Below, piece after piece: positions 29,000 to 38,928 of a stretch of DNA of 64,000 nt (positions are counted from its first letter, which is position 1; each line of letters starts with the position of its first letter). Source of the stretch: a virus (lineage: Duplodnaviria; Caudoviricetes). The notes under the pieces are model-generated. The model searched no databases. It had not been told where the DNA came from and saw only the letters and a program-made list of their open reading frames with translations. Position numbers and translations under genes: made by a program. The stretch is from IMG/VR virus record IMGVR_UViG_3300049009_000874, positions 1 through 64,000 of that record, one strand, 5' to 3'.

Positions 29000-29262
29000 T
29001 AGGATTCAAGCAATGGCTTCAGAACGAGGTCGGCACATCGACCGCGAGCATAGCCACTTTCGCCAGACCCATAGGCATAGGCGCGGTTTCCAGAACCTCG
29101 CCCAGCCTGATCACCGTGGACGATCTCGAAAGGGAGAAACACAAGAAGCACAAGGGTCACAAGAAGCACAAGAAACACAAGAAACACAAGAAACACAAAT
29201 CCAAGGTTCTCGACATGTTTCCAGGAAAGAACGTCGTCATGGGCGACATCGGCTATTTTTAG
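28996..29262 (+). CDS. Small His/Lys-repeat protein
   Basis: AGGAGG SD; MIGFKQWLQNE; KHKKHKGHKKHKKHKKHKKHK. Confidence 0.75.
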   Translation: MIGFKQWLQNEVGTSTASIATFARPIGIGAVSRTSPSLITVDDLEREKHKKHKGHKKHKKHKKHKKHKSKVLDMFPGKNVVMGDIGYF

Positions 29263-29322
29263 CCTAGGATTTATTTTCAAATCTTGATAACATCATCGTG
29301 ACACAACCAAGGAGTCTCGACG

Positions 29323-30198
29323 ATGCATGATGTTCTGGAAAACATACCAAACAAGACGATCAAGTGTCTGGACAAGGGTCACGTGACCATAATGGACACC
29401 ATGCCCAGACTGGTCCCGGACGACAGGAAAACCGCCGACTACGCCATCGTGCAGGCTGCGAGGGTGTCCTACGGCGACGGAACGAAGACGGTCAACGAGG
29501 ACCGCGGTCTCATACGCTACCTCATGAGGCACAAGCACACTACCCCGATGGAGATGATAGATTTCAAGTTCTGCATGAAAATGCCCATATTCGTAGCAAG
29601 GCAGATGATACGTCACCGGGCTGCCAGCGTGAACGAATACAGCGGACGCTATTCAATCATGAGGGACGAGTTCTATATGCCAGAAGCCGAAAACGTCAGG
29701 GCTCAGTCCAAGACCAACAGGCAGGGCGGCGAAGAACCAATGAGAAACAGCGATGCTGTAGGGTTTCTCTCCGACCTGGAATCAATATGCTCCAAGTCAT
29801 ACCAGAACTATGAGTCCAGCATGGCTTGCGGGATCTCGAGGGAGCAAGCCAGAATGCTCTTGCCCGTCAATTTGTACACGGAGTGGTACTGGAAGATAGA
29901 CGCCCACAACCTCCTTCATTTTCTGGCTCTGAGGTGCGACAGCCACGCTCAGATGGAGATAAGGGTTTTCGCAGATGCGATACTGGAACTCATCAAGCCG
30001 ATAATCCCCTTGACGATTGAGGCTTGGGAAGACTACAGCGAGCATAGGGGCGCGAGAAAGATAACGAGGCTCGAGCTTGACGCCATCAAGTCCTCGCTCG
30101 AAGGGTCGATGGTCGATAAAATAAACTCGGATAATTCCAGAGAGCAAGCGGAATGGGCGGAAAAGGCGAAAATCATGGGGCTTCAGGTCAGGAAATAA
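29323..30198 (+). CDS. thyX: Flavin-dependent thymidylate synthase
   Basis: AARVSY, HTTPME, RHRAASVNEYSGRY, EQARMLLP, LRCDSHAQMEIR. Confidence 0.95.
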   Translation: MHDVLENIPNKTIKCLDKGHVTIMDTMPRLVPDDRKTADYAIVQAARVSYGDGTKTVNEDRGLIRYLMRHKHTTPMEMIDFKFCMKMPIFVARQMIRHRAASVNEYSGRYSIMRDEFYMPEAENVRAQSKTNRQGGEEPMRNSDAVGFLSDLESICSKSYQNYESSMACGISREQARMLLPVNLYTEWYWKIDAHNLLHFLALRCDSHAQMEIRVFADAILELIKPIIPLTIEAWEDYSEHRGARKITRLELDAIKSSLEGSMVDKINSDNSREQAEWAEKAKIMGLQVRK

Positions 30199-30244
30199 AG
30201 ACGAACCGACACTCGAATAATGGTAACCAACATTATTCGAGTAC

Positions 30245-31624
30245 ATGAACATGATTGACATATTGGAGAAGATAAGGAACAGCGACTTGAGGATAGGCGT
30301 CATCGGCGACGCCATGCTCGACGAGTACTTCGACGTCAAGGTGAAGAAGATATCCCCGGAGTTCCCTATCCCGGTCATGCACAGCGACGAGGCTGAGCCA
30401 AGCCTTGTTCTCCCCGGTGGAGCCGCGAATGTCGCGTTCCAGCTAGCCAACTTCAACAAGAAAACATTTTTGTGTTCCCTCCTGGACGGGCACGCCGAGG
30501 CTGTCCTTTCGAGGCACGGGATAGACACGTCATTGTCGGTCAGGATAGACCCGTGTCACGTGCCGAGGAAAAGGAGGTTCTACAGCGATGGCTTTCCGAC
30601 ATACAGGTGGGACGTCGAGAGACCTCTGTACGGTTCGGAGAAAGACACGCTGAGGTCATACTGCGCCGAACTGAAGAGGAAGATAGACCAGAGCGATTTC
30701 GACGTGCTGATATTCTCCGACTACGACAAGGGAGTTTTCTTCGACGACATAGTGTCCGAGCTCTCCAGGACTCACCGCTGCGCGATACGCATGGTCGACC
30801 CAAAGAACGACATCCTCAAGTGGAAGGGATGCACCCTCATAAAGCCGAACCTTTCGGAAGCCAAGTCCATAACCGGCAAGTCAAAAGTCGTCGACCAGAT
30901 AGAGGAGATAATGAACATGACCTCAGCCGGCAGCGTGGTCATAACTAGGGGGGGCGACGGTTTTTCAGGGTATGACGGAAGCCATTTCGAACACGACGTT
31001 CTCCAAAGCTCCGACAAGGTGAACAGCGTCATAGGCGCCGGGGACTGCTTCATAGCGTTCTGCGGCTTGTGCCTAGGGAATGGGGTCGACCTTCGCAGGG
31101 CTTCCGAGTTCTCCTTCAACATGGGCGCGATCTATGTCACCGACAAGCACAACAAGCCCCTTGACCACCAGAGGATAACGACGTTCATCGACAAGCCTAG
31201 GTCGAAGATCGTTTCCCCGGAGACCCTGGCGAAGCGCGACTTCACCTTGGTCATGACGAACGGTTGCTTCGACCTGCTGCACGCCGGTCACCTCGACAGC
31301 CTGAACTTCGCGAAGAGGCATGGGGAGAAACTGGTTGTCGCAGTCAATGGCGACGATTCTGTATCCAGGCTCAAGCCCGGCAGACCGATCAACAAGCTGG
31401 CGGACAGGATGTCCATGCTTTCCAACCTGGAGTGCGTGGACTATGTCGTCAGCTTTGACGAGGACACTCCCCTGGAGGTGATAAGGAAGATAGTTCCGGA
31501 TGTGCTAGTGAAGGGGTTTGATTACGACGGCAAGGAGGTCGTCGGCTCGGATATCGTCAAGTCGGTGGTTCTCGCGCCGATGCTGGACGGGTTCTCCACC
31601 ACCGGGATTCTCGGAAGGATCTAG
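30245..31624 (+). CDS. hldE: Bifunctional heptose-7-P kinase / heptose-1-P adenylyltransferase
   Basis: IGDAMLDEY, ISPEFPIPV, GGAANVA, SDYDKG, GAGD; TNGCFDLLHAGH, KPGRP, STT. Confidence 0.92.
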   Translation: MNMIDILEKIRNSDLRIGVIGDAMLDEYFDVKVKKISPEFPIPVMHSDEAEPSLVLPGGAANVAFQLANFNKKTFLCSLLDGHAEAVLSRHGIDTSLSVRIDPCHVPRKRRFYSDGFPTYRWDVERPLYGSEKDTLRSYCAELKRKIDQSDFDVLIFSDYDKGVFFDDIVSELSRTHRCAIRMVDPKNDILKWKGCTLIKPNLSEAKSITGKSKVVDQIEEIMNMTSAGSVVITRGGDGFSGYDGSHFEHDVLQSSDKVNSVIGAGDCFIAFCGLCLGNGVDLRRASEFSFNMGAIYVTDKHNKPLDHQRITTFIDKPRSKIVSPETLAKRDFTLVMTNGCFDLLHAGHLDSLNFAKRHGEKLVVAVNGDDSVSRLKPGRPINKLADRMSMLSNLECVDYVVSFDEDTPLEVIRKIVPDVLVKGFDYDGKEVVGSDIVKSVVLAPMLDGFSTTGILGRI

Positions 31625-31818
31625 TCGCAAAGGCACTTGTCCTTGCATTTGTCCTTGTCCGCCACGCAGGAGCATGATTTTTCGCACACGCATTTCTGGC
31701 AATACTTGTGGTCGTGCTTCTTCTCGTCCTTGATCAGGATGGCGCTCATCACGAACATGCACAGGAAAAAGCCGAATATGAATCCGAAGATCATGTTTTG
31801 TAGGCAGCGAAGTTTCAT
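31621..31818 (-). CDS. Small membrane protein with Cys-rich tail
   Basis: TM segment followed by a metallothionein-like CQKCVCEKSCSC...C. Confidence 0.6.
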   Translation of the reverse strand: MKLRCLQNMIFGFIFGFFLCMFVMSAILIKDEKKHDHKYCQKCVCEKSCSCVADKDKCKDKCLCD

Positions 31819-31873
31819 TTTTGATTCCTAAAAGTTAAAACCGATGACCTATATATTGTAAAAGAGAGGAAAT

Positions 31874-32182
31874 ATGATCGGATTCGCAGAATGGCTCAGA
31901 ATTGACGAGACACCTGACCTTGCAGGCATAATAGGACCGCTCACGGCTGCGGAGATAGCCGCTTCGGGCGACAAAGCCAATCCCGGGGAAATTGTCGCCA
32001 AAGTGATTAAAGATCCAACCGTAACCAAATTTCAGCAAAAATCAAAAGACATCACCATGATTGACCCCAAAAAGCTCGGGGATCTCGTGAAGGTACAAAT
32101 AGCGAATTCGAAAAAACCCAAACCTCCCGGCGCAGTCGGAACCGTCGGCGCCGCAGGAACTGTCGGGGCTGCAGCTCAATGA
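31874..32182 (+). CDS. Hypothetical protein with capsid-targeting-like N-terminus
   Basis: MIGFAEWLRIDE; GAGG SD; CTATATA at 31849. Confidence 0.75.
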   Translation: MIGFAEWLRIDETPDLAGIIGPLTAAEIAASGDKANPGEIVAKVIKDPTVTKFQQKSKDITMIDPKKLGDLVKVQIANSKKPKPPGAVGTVGAAGTVGAAAQ

Positions 32183-32328
32183 TGACATTCTGGCAATACA
32201 TTTCAGAGATGAAGATCGGCTCCGGCAACCGCCGTGTCATCGCCGTCGTTAGACCCGCCAGCCCGGCGAACCCGGAAAAGCCGCCAAAGCAGAAAAAGAT
32301 TCCCGTCAAAAAAATGTTCGGCAACTAG
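32179..32328 (+). CDS. 49-aa basic protein with capsid-targeting-like N-terminus
   Basis: Not in the ORF track; MMTFWQYISEMKIGSGNRRVIAVVRPASPANPEKPPKQKKIPVKKMFGN; ATGA overlap. Confidence 0.65.
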   Translation: MMTFWQYISEMKIGSGNRRVIAVVRPASPANPEKPPKQKKIPVKKMFGN

Positions 32329-32336
32329 ATTAAAAC

Positions 32337-32960
32337 ATGATTGGAAACCTAGGCGAGAACCTCAGCGTCCTTATATACTGTAATCACTCGGTGGCGCACG
32401 ACTGGATGTCGTTCCTCTGCTGGTACTCCTTCTACAAGAACCTCCCGGAAGCGAAAATAGCCGTAGGGTGCTCGAGAAGCAACCTCCGGTTCGACCTTTA
32501 CTTCTGGACCAAGAGGCTCAACATAGACTTCGAGTACATTAAGGACGACTCGCCGATCTCCTACATGGAGCGTTTTTTGTCGAAGGGTAAGCTTTCGCTC
32601 CCATGCCTCCTGGTCACGCCGGACATACTCAGCGTAAGGGAGATGGATGGGCACGAAGGTCTTTTCGGCGCGGGAAAAAACTCACGGAAAAGGGGTTTCA
32701 TGGTCGTCAACGACCCGAAAGCTGGATTCGAGCCGAGGGAGGATTTGTTCTGCGAGGCGGTCGAAAACAAAATATCGAATTTTGTCTCCTATTCGCAGGG
32801 ATGGGGAAACTTTAACACCGCAGAATGGATAGATAGGGATGTGAACGCCCTCACGCCATACGTGCGTCTAAGCAAGTCGCCGTCGGGGCTGAACGAGAAG
32901 AGGATCAGCGAACTTTGGCACGGAGCCGTAAACGTTTTCAAGAATGTATCGAGAGGTTGA
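32337..32960 (+). CDS. Hypothetical protein
   Basis: 207-aa ORF. Confidence 0.7.
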   Translation: MIGNLGENLSVLIYCNHSVAHDWMSFLCWYSFYKNLPEAKIAVGCSRSNLRFDLYFWTKRLNIDFEYIKDDSPISYMERFLSKGKLSLPCLLVTPDILSVREMDGHEGLFGAGKNSRKRGFMVVNDPKAGFEPREDLFCEAVENKISNFVSYSQGWGNFNTAEWIDRDVNALTPYVRLSKSPSGLNEKRISELWHGAVNVFKNVSRG

Positions 32961-32962
32961 TC

Positions 32963-33265
32963 ATGAAAAGGTTCGATTTTGAAGGCGAAAATGATGACGA
33001 TGATTTCTTCGAGGACGAGGAAGAGGATGATGACGGACAAGGCAGGGCGATGTCCCCGAGGGAATACAAGGAAATGCTCGACGAGGAGCAGATGATACAG
33101 CAGGAAAGCGTCGAGTTGGCGTACATATCGCTCAACCAGGAGCTCATAGGCAAGGCTATAAGCCTGTGTAAAAATTCATTTTGGTGGAAGTTTTGCACGC
33201 TCGACACTCAGATAGGTATGATATCCAAGGTTTACGACAAACTCAAAAAGCTTCAGGATTCATAG
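32963..33265 (+). CDS. Hypothetical acidic protein
   Basis: GAGG SD; D/E-rich N-terminus. Confidence 0.7.
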   Translation: MKRFDFEGENDDDDFFEDEEEDDDGQGRAMSPREYKEMLDEEQMIQQESVELAYISLNQELIGKAISLCKNSFWWKFCTLDTQIGMISKVYDKLKKLQDS

Positions 33266-33276
33266 GAACAAAACAC

Positions 33277-33642
33277 ATGCCTTTATATGCCTTCAGATGC
33301 AAGAAATGCGAGAAAGTTTGGGAAGAGATAGCAGACCACGACAAGCGCGGCAAGTACAGCGGCGTGTCATGCCCGGGCTGCAAGTCGAAATCCAAGGAAA
33401 AACTCCTTACCTCCTGCACTTTCAAGTTTTCCAACCCCGTGGGGACAGACAAGTGGAACAGCGATTCCACGGGTCATGACTTCAGGCACAAGTACAACAT
33501 GGAGCGACCCGGAGGGGTTTCCGAACAGAGGGCTTTCGCGGAGGAGAACTCCCACGTGGGCGCCAGACCATACCAGGAAGCCGAACGGTCGAACCCGATA
33601 AACGATATCGAAATCGACAGTTCCTGGGGCGAAGTAAAATAA
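33277..33642 (+). CDS. FmdB-family zinc-ribbon protein
   Basis: MPLYAFRCKKC...CPGCKS. Confidence 0.85.
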   Translation: MPLYAFRCKKCEKVWEEIADHDKRGKYSGVSCPGCKSKSKEKLLTSCTFKFSNPVGTDKWNSDSTGHDFRHKYNMERPGGVSEQRAFAEENSHVGARPYQEAERSNPINDIEIDSSWGEVK

Positions 33643-33721
33643 TTCCGAGCAGACCTTCCCAACCAAAACCAACCAGACTTATAATGCTAGTGGCAAACCA
33701 GAATTTCCACGGAGACAAACA

Positions 33722-35794
33722 ATGAGCGGACTGAAAAAATTCATAGGCAACTTCAACCAGAACAAGTTCAAGACACTAAACAGCGAGATGTCGTTCTCCG
33801 AGTACGTAGATCTCTGCTACCAGAACCCTAGACTGCTGAGGAACTCTTGGCAGATGATATACGACATGATCATCGAGAAGGGTCATGGGGTCACCGAGGA
33901 ATACCGGAAGACCTACAAGCACTACAACTTCTTCGACAACCCAGAATGTCCCATCATCGGTCTGACCCCGACGAAGGACGCCCTCGTCAAGTTCATCAAG
34001 GGAGCCGCCGGCAGCTTCGGCGCCGAGAAGAGAATCCTCCTGCTCCACGGACCAGTGGGGAGTTCCAAATCGACCATATGCCGATTGTTCAAGAGGGAGA
34101 TGGAGACATACTCCACCACCGAATCCGGAGCCTGGTATTCGTTCAAGTGGGTCGACCTGCCCACCGGTCAGGACGGGATATATATCAAGGACGAGGACGA
34201 GTGCCCGATGCACGAGCAGCCGCTGAAACTCCTTCCTCCCGAAGTCCGGAACCCGATCGTCGCGGATCTCAACCGCATACTGCTGGAATCCGTCTCCCCC
34301 GAGGAGAGGACCGACATGTACACGCTCAAGTGCGAGGGCGACCTCGACCCGAGATGCAACCTGTTCATGAACGAGCTCCTCAAGAGATATGACGGCGACC
34401 TGGAGAAGATACTTGAGAAGCACATCAGGGTCATCCGCAAGGTGTACAGCGAGTCGTCGAGATGCGGCATCGCGACCTTCCAGCCGAAGGACGAGAAGAA
34501 CCAGGACAGCACCGAACTCACCGGCGACATAAATTTCAGCAAGATCAGCATGTTCGGCGCGGACTCGGACCCGAGGAGTTTCAATTTCGACGGGGAGTTC
34601 TGCGTGGGGAACCGCGGCATCATAGAGTTCATAGAGGCTCTCAAGCTGGACCAGGCGTTCCTCTACGACTTGCTAGGGGCGAGCCAGGAGCAGAGCATCA
34701 AGCCGAAGAAGTTCAGCCAGGTATCCATAGACGAAGCCATATTCTGCCATACAAACACCCCCGAGTACGAGAAGCTGAGGAGCAACCAGTACATGGAGGC
34801 TCTCAGGGACCGAACCGTCAAGATAGACGTGCCGTACACGATCAGGTGGTCAGAGGAACTGAAGATACTGGAGAAGGACTACGGGTCGAGCAAGGTGAGG
34901 CAGCACATAGCCCCGCACACGCTCGAGGTCGCAGCCCTCTGGTCGGTTCTGACAAGACTCCACGACGACAAGGACGGCAAGCTTAGCCTCGTAGAGAAGG
35001 CTGAACTATATGACGGCAAACTGCTACCGGGATGGACCGACGAGCAAGTCAAGGAACTCAAGGACAGGTACGCCGACGAGGGAATGTCCCGCGGCATATC
35101 GGTCAGGTACGTGCAGGACAAGCTCTCCAACTGCCTCGCCAACAACCACGAGTACGTCAACATGTTCATGGTCCTCAACGAACTGCGAGAGGGACTCGAG
35201 GGAAGCTCCTTGCTGAACAACAAGGACGACGTTGGTCGTTACATCACCTGCATAGACTTGGTGGTCAAGAAGCTTACCGACATATTGAAAGCCGAAGTCC
35301 AGAAAGCCCTGGTCGGAGACGAGGACGCGGTGATCCGACTTTGCGGCAACTACATCGACAACATCATGGCTTACATCAACAAAAGTAAGATCAAGGACCC
35401 AATCACCGGGCAAGACCGAAAGCCCGACGAGAGGCTCATGCGGTCCGTCGAGTCGAAGATAGACATCCCAGAGCCTGGGGCGGACGACTTCAGGAGGCAG
35501 ATAGCGGCATTCATCGGCGACCTCGCGGTCAAGCAGAAACAGTTCCGCTGGGATTCCAACCCGAAACTCAGGAACGCCTTGGAGGCGAAGCTCTTCGAGG
35601 ACGTCAAGGACACGATCAAGCTCTCGGCGCTCAACGTCAGCGGGGCTACCGTGGTCGACAAGGACATCCAGGAGAAGATCGACGCGATAAAGACCAGGCT
35701 GATCAAGCAGTACGGTTACAACGAGCGGTCCGCCACCGACGTACTCGATTTCGTCGGAAGCATCTTCGCCCGCGGGGACCTCGCGGAAGACTAA
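33722..35794 (+). CDS. prkA: PrkA/YeaG family AAA+ serine kinase
   Basis: EKRILLLHGPVGSSKST, CPMHEQPL, QPKDEKNQDSTELTG, GNRGIIEFIE, HIAPHTLEVAA. Confidence 0.93.
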   Translation: MSGLKKFIGNFNQNKFKTLNSEMSFSEYVDLCYQNPRLLRNSWQMIYDMIIEKGHGVTEEYRKTYKHYNFFDNPECPIIGLTPTKDALVKFIKGAAGSFGAEKRILLLHGPVGSSKSTICRLFKREMETYSTTESGAWYSFKWVDLPTGQDGIYIKDEDECPMHEQPLKLLPPEVRNPIVADLNRILLESVSPEERTDMYTLKCEGDLDPRCNLFMNELLKRYDGDLEKILEKHIRVIRKVYSESSRCGIATFQPKDEKNQDSTELTGDINFSKISMFGADSDPRSFNFDGEFCVGNRGIIEFIEALKLDQAFLYDLLGASQEQSIKPKKFSQVSIDEAIFCHTNTPEYEKLRSNQYMEALRDRTVKIDVPYTIRWSEELKILEKDYGSSKVRQHIAPHTLEVAALWSVLTRLHDDKDGKLSLVEKAELYDGKLLPGWTDEQVKELKDRYADEGMSRGISVRYVQDKLSNCLANNHEYVNMFMVLNELREGLEGSSLLNNKDDVGRYITCIDLVVKKLTDILKAEVQKALVGDEDAVIRLCGNYIDNIMAYINKSKIKDPITGQDRKPDERLMRSVESKIDIPEPGADDFRRQIAAFIGDLAVKQKQFRWDSNPKLRNALEAKLFEDVKDTIKLSALNVSGATVVDKDIQEKIDAIKTRLIKQYGYNERSATDVLDFVGSIFARGDLAED

Positions 35795-35836
35795 CCGAAA
35801 GCTGTAAGCCGAACAAAAAAAGGAACGAGGTGATTT

Positions 35837-37051
35837 GTGCCACGACGCATAGAAGAGGACCATAAGGACTTTATAGATGTCGTCTCGGGGAGACTCAGGA
35901 AAGCCCTGAAGAAATTCATAAAGTCAGGCAAGATAGTAAGATCCCGCGGGAAGCGCGGAAAGATATCAATCACCATCCCGAAGATAGACATACCCCAGAT
36001 ACTTTATGGTGACAACGGCACGGGAACCGGTCGCGGTCAGGGCAAGGACGGCGACGTGATAGACAAGGGCAAGAAGGACAAGGGCAAGGGCAACGGCGCC
36101 GGGCAGGATGAGGGCGAGGGCATAACGGTCAGCCTCGACCTCGACGACGTCCTCAAGTTCATGCAGTCCGAGCTGGAGCTCCCGAACCTCAAGCCCAAGG
36201 TCAACGACACTTTCGACGACATCAAGATCAAGTACAACAACATATCGATGGTCGGTCCGGAGTCCCTGCGCAACAACAAGAGGACTTTCCTCGAGGCTCT
36301 CAAGAGGCAGTCCGCCGACGGCAGCATCGACAAGCTCGAGATGGTGCCCGGTATCAAGGTCCCGATCAAGATGGTCAAGCCGATCAAGAGGGACAAGCGC
36401 TACAGGCAGTACAGGGAGATCAAGATACCGTCCAGCAACGCCCTCATCGTCTACGCCAGGGACGGTTCCGGGTCCATGGACCAGATGAAGTGCGAGATAG
36501 TATCCGACATGGCTTGGTGGATAGACGTCTGGATCAGGAAGTTCTACAAGCGCGTCGAGAGGCTCTTCGTCTGGCACGACTCCATAGCGATGGAGGTGGA
36601 CGAGGAGAAGTTCTACAACTACAGGTTCGGCGGCGGCACGACCTGCTCTTCCGCCCTCAAGTTCATAGCCAAGCAGTTCGAGAACCGGTACAACCCGCAC
36701 AAGTGGAACATATATGTCTTCTACTTCACGGACGGCGATAACTGGAGCGAAGACAACAAGGTGTTCATCGACACGCTCAGGGAGTCGTTCCCGGAGAATC
36801 TCGTCAACATGGTCGGGATAACCCAGATACTCCCGTGGAACTACACGAACAGCGTCAAGCACGTGGTCGACCAGGCTGTGCAGAGCGGCGACGTCGACAG
36901 AAGGAACGTCAGGACGGCGGAGATAGGCTCCAACGGCTCGGATTTCACGGAGGAGATGAGGAACGAGCAGATAATGGATGCGATAAAGACGCTGATGGGT
37001 TCTGACAGAAGTAAAATAAAGTTTCCCAAGGAGCTAGAGGATGGCGAGTAA
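35837..37051 (+). CDS. yeaH: YeaH/YhbH (DUF444) VWA-domain protein
   Basis: DGSGSM MIDAS, GGGTTCSSA, WNIYVFYFTDGDNW. Confidence 0.9.
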   Translation: MPRRIEEDHKDFIDVVSGRLRKALKKFIKSGKIVRSRGKRGKISITIPKIDIPQILYGDNGTGTGRGQGKDGDVIDKGKKDKGKGNGAGQDEGEGITVSLDLDDVLKFMQSELELPNLKPKVNDTFDDIKIKYNNISMVGPESLRNNKRTFLEALKRQSADGSIDKLEMVPGIKVPIKMVKPIKRDKRYRQYREIKIPSSNALIVYARDGSGSMDQMKCEIVSDMAWWIDVWIRKFYKRVERLFVWHDSIAMEVDEEKFYNYRFGGGTTCSSALKFIAKQFENRYNPHKWNIYVFYFTDGDNWSEDNKVFIDTLRESFPENLVNMVGITQILPWNYTNSVKHVVDQAVQSGDVDRRNVRTAEIGSNGSDFTEEMRNEQIMDAIKTLMGSDRSKIKFPKELEDGE

Positions 37052-38618
37052 GTTTTTCCACGGATCTTCGCTTCTCATAGGCAACAACACCATACCGGGC
37101 GTTCAGCTCCCGAAGGATCTGCGGGATTTCGCGCAGAAGATACTGTACGCGTGCAAGGACTGGGGTCTCGACTTCTATCCCACGGTCGTCCAGCTTCTGA
37201 CCTACGACGAGATATCCGAGGTCGCGGCGTACGGAGGCTTCCCTGTACGTTACCCCCACTGGTCTTTCGGGATGCAGTACGAGGAACTCCAGAGGGGATA
37301 TGAATTCGGAGCTCACAAAATATACGAAATGGTTATCAATGCCTCGCCCTGCTACATCTATTGCCTCGACAGCAACACGTTGCTGGATCACCTGACCGTC
37401 ATAGCCCATGCCACCGGGCACAACGACTTCTTCAAGAACAACATACACTTCTCGGCGACCGATACCAACATGCTCAACAACATGGCGAACCACGCCAGCC
37501 GCATAAAGAAGTACATGACGCGGTGGGGCAAGGAGAGGGTCACGGAGTTCCTCGATTACCTCCTCAGGATAGACACGCTCATAGACGGCGCGTCAGCCTG
37601 GCACCAGAAGGTCATCAAGGACCGCAACATAGCCGACAAGAGGGACTACAGGGTCCCGGTAAGGCTCAAGGTGGACAGCGACAGGTTCTACATGGACTCC
37701 TACATAAACACCAAGGACTTCAAGGTCCGCGAGGACGAGAAAGCCAAGGACAAGGACCTGGCTGACGAGCTAGGGTTCTTCGTCGAGCCGGTCAGGGACA
37801 TATTCGGGTTCCTCAGGGACAACGCGCCGCTCAAGCCGTGGCAGCAGGACATCATGTCCATGATCTACGAGGAGTCGATGTATTTCTACCCGCAGAGGCA
37901 GACCAAGGTATTGAACGAGGGGTGGGCTTCACTGACGGACCATGTCATCATGGCGGAGCAGGGCTACGTTTCCCTCGGTCAGAAGACGCACGACTCCGGC
38001 ATAATCGATTATGCCATACACAAGATGGGGGTGCTCGGCGGCAAGTACTCCACGAACCCCTACAAGCTTGGGTTCAACCTCCTCATGGACATAAAGAAGA
38101 GGTGGGACAAGGGGCAGTTCGGCACAGAGTGGGACAAGTGCACCAACTCCAGCACGAAGGAGAAGTGGGACACCAAGGCTATGCTCGGCAAGGAGAAGAT
38201 TTTCGAGGTGAGGAAATACTACGACGACCTCACCCTGATCCACGAGTTCTTCACCGACGACTTCTGCCGCGAGCAGGAGTATTTCGAGTACAAGAAGTAC
38301 CCGAACGGCGAGACCGTCCTCGAGAGCCACGACCACAAGAAGATAAAGAGGCATCTCATGGCTCGCCACGTCAACGGCGGGCTTCCCGACATAAGGCTGG
38401 CTGAGCCAAACTACAAGGGCAAGGGATACCTCATGCTCGAGCACCACCACGACGGGAGACCGCTGTACGACCCATACCTACGCGACGTCATGGTTGGTCT
38501 GAGGTTCATATGGCAGAACGACGTGTTCCTGTCGACCAAGGGGCACGACGGGAGCGACGTGGTGTACGAGTGTTTCGACTCGGACCCAGCCAACATCAAG
38601 GTCAAGGGCAAGAAATAG
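37041..38618 (+). CDS. spoVR: SpoVR/YcgB family protein
   Basis: AYGGFPVRYPHWSFG, IYEMVIN, HATGHNDFFKNN, QTKVLNEGWAS, NPYKLG. Confidence 0.93.
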   Translation: MASKFFHGSSLLIGNNTIPGVQLPKDLRDFAQKILYACKDWGLDFYPTVVQLLTYDEISEVAAYGGFPVRYPHWSFGMQYEELQRGYEFGAHKIYEMVINASPCYIYCLDSNTLLDHLTVIAHATGHNDFFKNNIHFSATDTNMLNNMANHASRIKKYMTRWGKERVTEFLDYLLRIDTLIDGASAWHQKVIKDRNIADKRDYRVPVRLKVDSDRFYMDSYINTKDFKVREDEKAKDKDLADELGFFVEPVRDIFGFLRDNAPLKPWQQDIMSMIYEESMYFYPQRQTKVLNEGWASLTDHVIMAEQGYVSLGQKTHDSGIIDYAIHKMGVLGGKYSTNPYKLGFNLLMDIKKRWDKGQFGTEWDKCTNSSTKEKWDTKAMLGKEKIFEVRKYYDDLTLIHEFFTDDFCREQEYFEYKKYPNGETVLESHDHKKIKRHLMARHVNGGLPDIRLAEPNYKGKGYLMLEHHHDGRPLYDPYLRDVMVGLRFIWQNDVFLSTKGHDGSDVVYECFDSDPANIKVKGKK

Positions 38619-38636
38619 AAACAAAAGGAGTCCGTC

Positions 38637-38855
38637 ATGGATTGGTTGCTTTCGGAAGAGTTTGTCTCGTTCTCGCAGAAGATAGCCGAAATATACGCGG
38701 AGAAGAAGAAGGTCAAGCAGGAACTCAAGGAGTTCTACGACAAGTCGCAGGTCAAGCTGAAGGAACTGGAGTCCAAGGCTTCCTCCCTCCAGGACGATTT
38801 CGAGTCGTGGAAGAAGTCCCAGCCGGACGACCAGGCGAAGCCGAACAGAAAGTGA
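38637..38855 (+). CDS. Small coiled-coil protein
   Basis: AAGGAG SD; 72 aa. Confidence 0.7.
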   Translation: MDWLLSEEFVSFSQKIAEIYAEKKKVKQELKEFYDKSQVKLKELESKASSLQDDFESWKKSQPDDQAKPNRK

Positions 38856-38857
38856 TC

Positions 38858-38886
38858 TTGTCAAAAGACGGCTTTTGATTTAGATT
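38858..38886 (+). promoter_or_regulatory. Sigma70-like promoter for the dnaE N-part
   Basis: TTGTCA-17 nt-TAGATT. Confidence 0.55.
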
Positions 38887-38928
38887 CTCCCTCATGTCTT
38901 TTCCAGGCGCGAGTAAGTGGGTTTCGCT

